The position numbers were made by a program, and so were the translations under genes. DNA of 24,566 nt from assembly GCA_041736175.1 (NCBI GenBank), contig JBGSUI010000100.1, positions 1 through 24,566 of the forward strand. Direction: 5' to 3'. Below the pieces are notes generated by a model. The model was not told where the DNA came from and searched no databases. It saw only the letters and a program-made list of their open reading frames with translations. Numbering within the stretch: the stretch's first letter is position 1; each line of letters opens with the position of its first letter. Below, piece by piece: positions 1 to 7,573 of this stretch. Origin of the DNA: Oligoflexales bacterium. GTDB lineage: Bacteria; Bdellovibrionota_B; Oligoflexia; Oligoflexales; CAIYRB01.

Positions 1-53
1 ACCGTGACCCACTTTACCTCAGGTGAAAGCGGTTTACCTTTAGACGAATGCAT
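1..53 (-). CDS. 5' end of a gene running off the window edge (MHSSKGKPLSPEVKWVT...), possibly a transposase
   Basis: ATG at 53 on the minus strand, GAGGA RBS at 63-67, frame open to position 1. The N-terminus recalls GKPL(S/T)PE starts of IS630-like transposases (from memory, not verified). Confidence 0.45.
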   Translation of the reverse strand, partial: MHSSKGKPLSPEVKWVT

Positions 54-86
54 GGTGGTCAATCCTCGTTTTTTGGCAAAACGATC

Positions 87-95
87 ATTATACCA
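87..95 (-). promoter_or_regulatory. Extended -10 sigma70 promoter element (TGGTATAAT)
   Basis: Exact TGnTATAAT on the minus strand about 35 nt upstream of the ATG at 53. Confidence 0.45.
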
Positions 96-123
96 CGGAA
101 AAAATTAAAATCTATCTTTTCAT

Positions 124-519
124 GTGCGTAGATCTATAATACTCTCACGATCAGGACTACGACTGGGAATCAGCACCCACTGCGAGTCTGAACTGGCGAG
201 AGCGCTGGGACTGGGGCCTTCTTATGTGGCCATCGGGCCTATCTTTCCGACGACCTGCAAGTCCATGGCTTTTGGTCCCCATGGACTCCCTAAGATTTCC
301 AAATGGAGACAGATGACAGACTTGCCTCTTGTGGCCATAGGAGGGATGAAGCCAGTCCATATCGCAGAGGCTTGTGGGCGGGGTGCTTCGGGTATTGCTG
401 TGATATCGGATGTGCTAGAGGATCCTCATCCTGAAGAGCGCTGCCGGGAATGGTTAGCAGGAATCCGGCAGGCCCTAGCAACGGCAACATCTACCAAAGA
501 TCATTCTACAAATAGATGA
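124..519 (+). pseudogene. thiE: Thiamine-phosphate synthase, C-terminal half only (5'-truncated)
   Basis: ThiE motifs GLRLGISTH, YVAIGPIFPTTCK, PLVAIGGM and GASGIAVIS are present. The N-terminal half (QLR.K, IND, GVHLGQ.D) is missing and there is an in-frame TAA at 106-108. Confidence 0.75.
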
Positions 520-983
520 TTGATTTGCTCTAAGACCTCTCCGATGTCCTCGATGCGACCAAGGGCCTGAGGTCCCAGATTGCCACTGGCCACGAGAGGA
601 GCGATGGACCTGGAGAAAGCCGACCGAGCAAGGGCTATTTTCGCCTGCGCATCAGCATATTTAAAGGCAATCAAAGCCTCGTTTTCGTTTTGCATCAGGG
701 CTTCCCGAGCCAGGCTTACCGCCCTTTCGAGGTTTGTCAGCACCGGTTTTAAATCTAAAGTGGGGTCTGACACACTGTTGGTCCCAGTGGACAACTCAGC
801 TAGTTTACTAAACCAAGATTTTTTTTGGGAGACTAGTTTTGCTAAGACCACCAGAGGCGCATCCTGGTAACTTGCATAGGCTAAGGGATTGGTCTCGGGA
901 GAGGCCACCAAGGGACTGGTTCCCAAAACTAAGGAGAAGGCGATCGATTTAAGGATAAAGGGGAGTGAGCGTCGAGTTTTCAT
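501..983 (-). CDS. Secreted helical hypothetical protein, distant paralog of 2020-2526
   Basis: 160 aa with signal peptide and AGGA RBS. NLERAVSLAREA...AQAKIALARSAFSRS aligns by eye with NLFTAGSYADKA...SCAKMGISRSQIARA of 2020-2526. Confidence 0.75.
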   Translation of the reverse strand: MKTRRSLPFILKSIAFSLVLGTSPLVASPETNPLAYASYQDAPLVVLAKLVSQKKSWFSKLAELSTGTNSVSDPTLDLKPVLTNLERAVSLAREALMQNENEALIAFKYADAQAKIALARSAFSRSIAPLVASGNLGPQALGRIEDIGEVLEQINHLFVE

Positions 984-1014
984 GATGGATGATTCCTATG
1001 TTTAGTGTTTTTGA

Positions 1015-1938
1015 CTAGCGGTCTGCTTGGAGTGTCTTCCAAAGAAGAGGATCTTGCATAGAAAGGACTTCGGCTACTTTTGTAAGGGGCAAGGCTCGAT
1101 TGTAGCCTTTTGTTTTAAGGCATTCCGTTGCGACACCATCTTCTGATGGGGGGCAGCCGCGCTTTTTTGCAAAAATCTCGGGAGACTCAAACCGATTTTT
1201 TTCGCGGTAGTAAGCACCATCGTTTGAGGATGGTCCACTTAGATGGAGAGCGACCGGAACATCATTAAACCCGATTAGCCCACCAGAGGCTCCACTGGCG
1301 GCGTCACAATCGTGGCCAAGCCAGCCATCATCAATCGCCACGAGACGATGACACTGGGACTTAGCGAGGGGAACCCCGTGGGGATATCCCCAAAGGTAAC
1401 TGGCTTGTCCCTCAGGGGCCTGGGCCTTGGAAAGATCAATCCATCCCGAGTCAAGAGGGCTTTCTTGGGATAGGGGGATAATGGCAAAATCCAGCTTTTC
1501 ATCGCGAAAGACTGGTGGCTCAAGTAAGGGAGCCGTTTTTTCGATCTCTTGGGAGCCTTGATCGACCGTGCCGTCGTAAAAGAGCCTCACCACGTGGTCA
1601 AAGGTATCCACTTTTAGCACTCCATCCATGGGCAACGAAGCAAAGTAGCTCATGTTTAAGATGGACGATGGTTTAACACAATGATTGGCCGTTAGGAGAT
1701 AGCGCCTGCCGATGCGCACCCCACTACAATAGGGAATCGCAAACCTCTGGCCTTCACTCTCTAAGACTTGTTGCAACGATCCTACTGATTTTTCCAGGAA
1801 GTTCCTTTGGTCGCTGTGGACTAAGGTTATTTCCAGTTCCCCATAAAAACTATGAAGCGAGCTGGTCGTTGTGGGGACCTTCCCACAGTTTGAAAGGGCG
1901 ATTCCAGAAATCAAAATTCCACAGTTTGTCCATTTCAT
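1015..1938 (-). CDS. Trypsin-like (S1) serine protease, probable lipoprotein
   Basis: Catalytic triad motifs LLTANHC, LDFAII and CDAASGASGG. Lipobox-like LSNC follows the ATG at 1938 (ORF track starts at TTG 1950). Confidence 0.85.
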   Translation of the reverse strand: MKWTNCGILISGIALSNCGKVPTTTSSLHSFYGELEITLVHSDQRNFLEKSVGSLQQVLESEGQRFAIPYCSGVRIGRRYLLTANHCVKPSSILNMSYFASLPMDGVLKVDTFDHVVRLFYDGTVDQGSQEIEKTAPLLEPPVFRDEKLDFAIIPLSQESPLDSGWIDLSKAQAPEGQASYLWGYPHGVPLAKSQCHRLVAIDDGWLGHDCDAASGASGGLIGFNDVPVALHLSGPSSNDGAYYREKNRFESPEIFAKKRGCPPSEDGVATECLKTKGYNRALPLTKVAEVLSMQDPLLWKTLQADR

Positions 1939-2019
1939 ATGAGCTGCCAAATCGTTAATAGTTTAAATGGGGAACGAGGGTCCGCGATTTCCCGCGGCCC
2001 TGGCCTGATGGTGAACTGA

Positions 2020-2526
2020 CTAAAAGCAGCGCTGGTGAAGCTCGTTGAGTTCGATGACGACTTCAGTGAGTTCTGGACCAAAAGCTGCTAAGTAACCCAC
2101 GGGAGGTTGGGATGCTGCGAGGTTTGCACGGGCAATCTGCGATCGAGAGATTCCCATTTTGGCACAGGACTGAGCAAACAGGAAGGCTCCTTCCTGGGGA
2201 TTGATTCCAGAGAGGGCAATGATAGCTTTATCGGCATAGGAGCCAGCGGTAAAAAGGTTATGGGAAGATTGCTGGTAGATGGGGAGAGCCACAAAATCAT
2301 TTTCTGTGATCTCGACATCGCTTAACTCCCAGGGGCTAGGACCAGGAGCTGGGTTAGAGTTGCCTGGACTCACTCCTCCACCACTGCCGATGGCTCGGTC
2401 AACCACGGATTTGGCGCGGTAGATTTGGTCCCGTATGGCGCGAGCATCCTCTGGTGTCGCGGCTTGGCCGAGGCTAGCGATTCCAAGTCCTAAAAGAGTG
2501 ACGACATTGATCATGATGTTTTTCAT
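2020..2526 (-). CDS. Secreted hypothetical protein, paralog of 2600-3106
   Basis: 168 aa with signal peptide and AAGGA RBS. Shares E.xEND..AL, C.K, AA..P.VG and a C-terminal CF with its neighbour. Confidence 0.8.
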   Translation of the reverse strand: MKNIMINVVTLLGLGIASLGQAATPEDARAIRDQIYRAKSVVDRAIGSGGGVSPGNSNPAPGPSPWELSDVEITENDFVALPIYQQSSHNLFTAGSYADKAIIALSGINPQEGAFLFAQSCAKMGISRSQIARANLAASQPPVGYLAAFGPELTEVVIELNELHQRCF

Positions 2527-2599
2527 ATTGATTTCCTTTAATTTGTTTTGTTAACAGTCTTATTAAAAATTTTGTCGATCTAATAACGGTCTGAAGGAC

Positions 2600-3106
2600 T
2601 TAAAAGCAATTGGTTTCTGCCTTGACTTGACTGATTTCTACATCAAACTGATCAAACTCCCAAGGAGTGATGACGCCGACCGATGGCAAAGCGGCGGCTG
2701 TTTTAGCGCCGATATTGGCAAACCCTAAGAACTTCGCTTTTTCGCAAACAGCTCTGTGATAAACATAAAAATCTGGAGCTCCATAGTGAGCAAGGGCTTG
2801 ATCAAGGCTTTGACCTAAAGCAAAAGTCCCGCGTCCCATTCCTTGGAGGGCAAATAGAGCCGCCGTATCATTCTCGATGACTTCGCTGTTTGGATCGTTG
2901 CTATCAAGAGTTGCAAAATATCTTGGTCTCTCTGGTGTCTGGGTTTGGGCGATCAGCTCCTTGACTCGTTTTGCCATCCCCATACATAGGTTCTTGGCAT
3001 TGACGAAGTTCTGATAAGAGGGGTGTGAGTTGGATGTAGCCATCGACGGTGAAGCTACGAGTAATCCTGCGACTAAAAAAAATTTTTCTAATGGGCGTTT
3101 CATCAC
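2600..3106 (-). CDS. Secreted hypothetical protein, first gene of a sigma54-type operon
   Basis: 168 aa with signal peptide (…SPSMA), AGGAG RBS at 3114-3118, C-terminal CF. Start is GTG 3106 or ATG 3103. Confidence 0.8.
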   Translation of the reverse strand: MMKRPLEKFFLVAGLLVASPSMATSNSHPSYQNFVNAKNLCMGMAKRVKELIAQTQTPERPRYFATLDSNDPNSEVIENDTAALFALQGMGRGTFALGQSLDQALAHYGAPDFYVYHRAVCEKAKFLGFANIGAKTAAALPSVGVITPWEFDQFDVEISQVKAETNCF

Positions 3107-3157
3107 TTAATCACTCCTTTGTAAATTCCATGACATCACTGTGACGGATTTATACAA

Positions 3158-3173
3158 AGCAAGGACCGTGCCA
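3158..3173 (-). promoter_or_regulatory. Sigma54 (RpoN) -24/-12 promoter
   Basis: TGGCACGGTCCTTGCT matches TGGCAC-N5-TTGCW exactly, about 50 nt upstream of the 2600-3106 gene. Confidence 0.8.
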
Positions 3174-3513
3174 TGTTCTCGAAATAATTTTTTGCGTAAT
3201 GATTTTAGCTCACAGAATCTCTTTGCGGTTTGCCTCGTGGAAAAACGAGGTGTCGTGAATGGTATCAAAATAGAACTTCGCCAGTTGACCAGTAACATTT
3301 TGTGACTGGACAGGACTTGCTCTTCGTATGAAACGGGGGTTTTAAGAAAATTAAAAATTTTTTTATAAAAATACAAATTCAAATGCAGGCCATTTTCGTA
3401 GGCGACCATCTAGGACGCATCGGAGTTTGGTGTCACCCTTATGTCATTGAGAAAGAGAGCGTGATACATTAGAGGTTAGAAAAAGCCTTTAAACATTTTA
3501 GAAGCCAGGTATC

Positions 3514-4416
3514 GTGTCGGCACAAGACCCACGCCAACAATCTGTAGCGAGTGGCCACCTTAGGCCCCTGGTCTACCTATGGCTGGTTTTAACTGGGTTG
3601 ATGACCTATGAGTATCTTGCCTTAAACAATATGATTAAGGTACCAAGTCTCCTGCTTAAATTGCAGCATTTCAAAATCATTCCAAAGTCAATCAAACTCA
3701 CAACTGATCCTGGTGGGACCATAAGTTACATCTTAGGCATTGTTGGGTTTGTGATTATCTGTATGACTAACTATTATATTTGGCGCAAAAAGCGGCATAT
3801 GGTGAAGCCTAAAGGATCGCTGGGTCTATCGTTAGACTATCACATCCTGTTTGGTATGTTAGGTCCTACTCTTATCGTCTTCCACTCTGATTTTCAGGTC
3901 TACGGTCTGGTTGCGATATCATTTTGGAGTATGGTGGTCTGTTTTGCGAGTGGCGTGGTTGGCAGGTATTTTTATATGCAGCTCCTGCGGGGACGCCAAG
4001 AAATGGTCCAGACGATGCAGACCTATGACCAAAAATTTGAGTTAGCGCGAGTAAACGCGCAACAGGCTTGGCCAAAACAGCTTATGGAGCAAACCAAGTG
4101 GGCGGTGTTTTTACAGGTCGGGGGCAGTCTAGCCCTCCAAGAAGGCAGGTTGGCCTTACCGGTGGTGCTGGTGTCAAGCCTCTGGGGGGACCTAAGAATG
4201 ATGGTGATGGGCTTTAACTTCAACAGAAATCTGCCAAAATCTTTGAGAAAACCTATCTATGATTATGCCGTCCTGCGTCGCAAGTATTACTCAACGACTC
4301 AATATAAAATTTTGATGGGATACTGGCATACATTTCATAAACCATTTGCAATTTTTATGTATGTTGTCTCCATCATTCATATCATTGCAGCTGTCACTCT
4401 AAGGGTTCAAAGATAA
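3514..4416 (+). CDS. Integral membrane protein with candidate heme-b ligand histidines (cytochrome b / ferric-reductase-like)
   Basis: 300 aa with about 5-6 hydrophobic segments. His residues lie in or next to TM helices: DYHILFG, IVFHS, WHTFHKP, IIHII. First gene of the multiheme operon. Confidence 0.7.
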   Translation: MSAQDPRQQSVASGHLRPLVYLWLVLTGLMTYEYLALNNMIKVPSLLLKLQHFKIIPKSIKLTTDPGGTISYILGIVGFVIICMTNYYIWRKKRHMVKPKGSLGLSLDYHILFGMLGPTLIVFHSDFQVYGLVAISFWSMVVCFASGVVGRYFYMQLLRGRQEMVQTMQTYDQKFELARVNAQQAWPKQLMEQTKWAVFLQVGGSLALQEGRLALPVVLVSSLWGDLRMMVMGFNFNRNLPKSLRKPIYDYAVLRRKYYSTTQYKILMGYWHTFHKPFAIFMYVVSIIHIIAAVTLRVQR

Positions 4417-5774
4417 TGAAATGGAAAGAGATCTCAATAATTTTAGGAAAATATGCTGGCGTCCTTGGAGTTGTGGTTTTTGGCGGCGTCGGCTTTATCG
4501 CCTTTTGGAGACACAGTCGCGCCCTTAAAAAAGCGACCAAAGTTTACCGAGATGCGGTTAAGACAAACACCCATGAACCAATCTCGCTGCACCCTGAAAT
4601 TGACCCTGCGAAATGTGCTGGCTGTGGAGCATGTACTAAAGCCTGCCCAGAGGGGGATATTCTCCAGCTCATCAACCATAAAGCAGTCTTGGTGGGACCC
4701 AGTCAATGCGTGGGGCATGGTCAATGTGAGGTGGTTTGTCCTTTTGGGGCCATCACCTTAGTCTTTGGTACCAAAAGCCGAGGAATGGAACTACCTCGGG
4801 TATCGACGGACTTTGAGACTAACCTCAAGGGTCTTTATATTGCGGGCGAGTTAGGTGGTATGGGGCTCATCCGAAACGCCGTCAAACAAGGGCGTATGGC
4901 CGCAGAACACGCCGCCACCCACCTCGTTAATCAAAGCCAGCGACAAAAAGCCGATTTAGATCTCCTGGTGATTGGAGCAGGGCCAGCGGGTCTTGCGGCT
5001 GGATTGACGGCGGTGAGTAAAAAATTATCCTATGTGTGCATTGAGCAAAACAGCTTTGGTGGGACCATCTATAATTTTCCTAGACAGAAAGTTGTGATGA
5101 CTCATCCGGCGGAGCTTCCTCTTGTCGGACCGATGAGGTTTCCACAAAATAAGGTTTCTAAAGAACAACTTCTGGATTTTTGGAATAAAGTCAGAAAACA
5201 GACTGGGCTCAATGTCATGGAAACCTGCAAATTTATCACTCTCACACAGCAGGGTTCCATCTATAATGTACAGACAAGCAAAGGATTGGTGACGGCCCGT
5301 AAGGTGATCCTCGCTATGGGTGTGCGAGGTTCCCCTCGTAAGCTTGGGTTGCCTAATGAAGATCTGCCTAAGGTCACCTATAACCTGCTTGAGCCAGACC
5401 AATATCAAAATCAGGATGTTACGGTTGTAGGTGGTGGCAACGCCGCGGTCGAAGCGGCACAGCAACTCGCAAGTCCACAGTTACGCAATAGGGTCGCCCT
5501 TCTCGTGCGCGGAGAGGTTTTTGACCGTTGCAACATGGAGAATCAAACCATTATCAAGGATATGGCTTCGCAAAATCTTTTGAAGATACACTATAATTCC
5601 TCTGTCAAAGAGATTCATCCTAACCACCTCGTTATTGAAAAAGATAAAAAAATTCATGAACTGAAGAATAGCTATCTGTTTGTTTTTATTGGTGCCGAAG
5701 TGCCGTTTAAATTCCTCCAGAGTCTTGGAGTACAAATCGAAAAGAAATTTGGAGAGGCGATTCGTAAGTCCTAA
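4416..5774 (+). CDS. Membrane-anchored ferredoxin-domain FAD/NAD(P)H oxidoreductase (TrxB/YpdA/FNR-like, permuted)
   Basis: N-terminal TM helix. Cluster motifs CAGCGACTKACP and CVGHGQCEVVCP. FAD motifs GLYIAGE and VIGAGPAG, NAD(P)H motif VVGGGNAA. Start overlaps the upstream stop (TAATG). Confidence 0.85.
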   Translation: MKWKEISIILGKYAGVLGVVVFGGVGFIAFWRHSRALKKATKVYRDAVKTNTHEPISLHPEIDPAKCAGCGACTKACPEGDILQLINHKAVLVGPSQCVGHGQCEVVCPFGAITLVFGTKSRGMELPRVSTDFETNLKGLYIAGELGGMGLIRNAVKQGRMAAEHAATHLVNQSQRQKADLDLLVIGAGPAGLAAGLTAVSKKLSYVCIEQNSFGGTIYNFPRQKVVMTHPAELPLVGPMRFPQNKVSKEQLLDFWNKVRKQTGLNVMETCKFITLTQQGSIYNVQTSKGLVTARKVILAMGVRGSPRKLGLPNEDLPKVTYNLLEPDQYQNQDVTVVGGGNAAVEAAQQLASPQLRNRVALLVRGEVFDRCNMENQTIIKDMASQNLLKIHYNSSVKEIHPNHLVIEKDKKIHELKNSYLFVFIGAEVPFKFLQSLGVQIEKKFGEAIRKS

Positions 5775-5816
5775 GATCTTAGGCAAGGATCAAACGCAAA
5801 GAGTGAGAAAAATCTT

Positions 5817-6212
5817 ATGTTTAGAAACATTATCCTTGGAATTATGCTTATGGTGCTTTACCATTTACAAAGCTGCCAAGTTCAGAGACCAGAAGCAGGT
5901 AGTTCTACCCAACAACCGGCTTTTGTACATGCTAATTTTTTACAGATACAATGCACCGAGTGTCATGAAGTCGATAGGCCAGCGGCTTTTTTAGGCCAAC
6001 CACACGGCGGGGGAAAAAACTGCGAACAATGCCATAAGTCGAGCGACGAAAAAAAAGGATGGCTACCGCGCCGCTCTTATAATCATAAACCGGAACCTAC
6101 AAGTTGTCTTGATTGTCATATTAAAGAACGTCCTAAGCTACCTCATCCAGCGTCTGGGGATTGTGTAACTTGCCACAAATATCCAAAATGGTTGCCTCTA
6201 AAGACATCCTGA
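5817..6212 (+). CDS. Tetraheme cytochrome c lipoprotein
   Basis: Lipobox-like LQSC and four CxxCH motifs (CTECH, CEQCH, CLDCH, CVTCH) arranged as two diheme repeats. Confidence 0.9.
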   Translation: MFRNIILGIMLMVLYHLQSCQVQRPEAGSSTQQPAFVHANFLQIQCTECHEVDRPAAFLGQPHGGGKNCEQCHKSSDEKKGWLPRRSYNHKPEPTSCLDCHIKERPKLPHPASGDCVTCHKYPKWLPLKTS

Positions 6213-7573
6213 GGTTTATCTGGAGCATTTTAGGGCTTGCTTTGGGTGTGGGGAGCCAACCGCTGCGCGCAATGGATTACCATGTGCGAGCCCTTGGCGG
6301 CGTTTACCAGTCTAGTGAGACCTATAAAGATCCGGTGGATGGGAGCACAAAAAATGATGCCCAAGCGGCATTGGGCAGCTTCTATTTAGACTTGCGCCAA
6401 CTTGGGCCTGCGGACAACCAATTTACCTTTGAATTTAGAGACCGTTACGATTCCTTCGGAAATCTAGACCAAGACCAGCCAAGATTGGTCGTCAGCACCG
6501 AGCCCGAAGTTCGACAACTGGTCTTACGCTATCCCAATATAAAGGGCTCCGTTTACGGCGCGGTGGGACGGTTTCCAGTGGTTGATGCCGCAACGATATC
6601 GAATGATGGACTTGAGCTAGGATATCGGGCGACGAACTCCTTGCGGATGGGGGTCTTTGGCGGCCTCTATCCAGAGCGAAAAGATGGTAATACGGTCTTA
6701 CTGTCCGAAGAGGGAGCTCAGCAGGGTGTTTATCTCGACTATGATGATAAATCCTCCAGGCGTGATGTCCACACGTACATTGGTTCTGCCATTGTTAGGC
6801 GAGAGCCAAGTCAAAAAGCCTCGGTTGATCCTTTGTCGGCAGAAGTCACCAATCAAGCCCGGCTTCTCTCCTATAACAATATTGTGTTTCAACCTTGGGC
6901 TAATTCCCGCTGGACGGGACTTACTCTAATCGATCTTGCTCCTAAACCAAGGGCCCAAAACCTGTGGGTATCCTATAACCAACGTTACAATGCGAAGCTT
7001 TCTTCAAACATTTATTTATTGAGACTCGATCCGACAGAGTATGAAAAACAGAGGGATATCCGTGACCGATTGGGCGCTAGTCCACTCACGCGAGCCCACC
7101 TGCTATTCAAGCAATCTTTAGGAAAAACTCCCGCTCTTTGGTATGACGTCGCCTATGGGGTTAGGTCTCGTGACAAGCTGACGAGGCAGCAGTTTGGGCT
7201 TAGACTGGTGCTTTCTAGGATCAATGGCGGGCCCCTAGGGGCCCATGTGGGCGCTTGGTCCCGCAAAAACTATGAGACCAAAGACACGATTTTTAAAGGT
7301 GGACTCAATTATAGCTCTGAAAAATACGATGTTTCTTTGGTTCAGCAGTATATTATTGAAAAGCACCGCGATGGAAAAACTTCTACCCCTTTGATTACCG
7401 ATCTTACTGCAGGATGGTTTTTTAATCGAGAAGTCATGGGAACAGCGAGCTTAGAGTATGCCGTAGACGAGAAGGTCACCATTGTAAGTGGTTTGATAGG
7501 AATTGGCCTTAGAATGACATCAGATCAGCTGACCCCACCAGGAACAGGCCATAGACCGCAGGAGTCCTTATGA
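6188..7573 (+). CDS. Probable outer-membrane beta-barrel (porin partner of the multiheme cytochromes)
   Basis: Signal peptide from ATG 6188 (…PLRA/MDY). Many amphipathic strands (SFYLDLR, QFTFEFR, VYGAVGRF, DGLELGY, LRMGVFGG, LWVSYNQ, FKGGLNY, TASLEY). No Cys in the mature part. Flanked by two cytochromes. Confidence 0.7.
   Translation: MVASKDILRFIWSILGLALGVGSQPLRAMDYHVRALGGVYQSSETYKDPVDGSTKNDAQAALGSFYLDLRQLGPADNQFTFEFRDRYDSFGNLDQDQPRLVVSTEPEVRQLVLRYPNIKGSVYGAVGRFPVVDAATISNDGLELGYRATNSLRMGVFGGLYPERKDGNTVLLSEEGAQQGVYLDYDDKSSRRDVHTYIGSAIVRREPSQKASVDPLSAEVTNQARLLSYNNIVFQPWANSRWTGLTLIDLAPKPRAQNLWVSYNQRYNAKLSSNIYLLRLDPTEYEKQRDIRDRLGASPLTRAHLLFKQSLGKTPALWYDVAYGVRSRDKLTRQQFGLRLVLSRINGGPLGAHVGAWSRKNYETKDTIFKGGLNYSSEKYDVSLVQQYIIEKHRDGKTSTPLITDLTAGWFFNREVMGTASLEYAVDEKVTIVSGLIGIGLRMTSDQLTPPGTGHRPQESL

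Larger units (their letters stand above)
1..138 (-). mobile_element. Probable left end of an insertion sequence (IS630/Tc1-like, TA target) interrupting thiE
   Basis: thiE similarity stops abruptly near ...GATCTATA (131-138). Leftward of this is an AT-rich segment with an extended -10 promoter, an RBS and the start of an ORF running out of the window. The element's other end is not visible. Confidence 0.4.

Noticed and set aside
1978..2001. GC-rich hairpin between the 2020-2526 gene and the protease
   Set aside because: Imperfect stem with no U-tract on the coding strand. Cannot be supported as a terminator.
3255..3268. FNR-like box GTGAA-TGGT-ATCAA upstream of the multiheme operon
   Set aside because: Two mismatches in one half-site and about 250 nt from the start codon. 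Too weak to call.
3307..3320. Sigma54-like TGGACAGGACTTGC facing the multiheme operon
   Set aside because: GG-GC spacing is 9 nt, not the required 10.
3107..3409. 100-aa minus-strand ORF
   Set aside because: It spans the AT-rich divergent promoter region including the sigma54 site and RBS, and has no recognisable motif. Probably spurious.
6161..6187. ORF-track start for the barrel gene at 6161
   Set aside because: ATG 6188 gives a normal signal peptide and a shorter overlap with the tetraheme gene.
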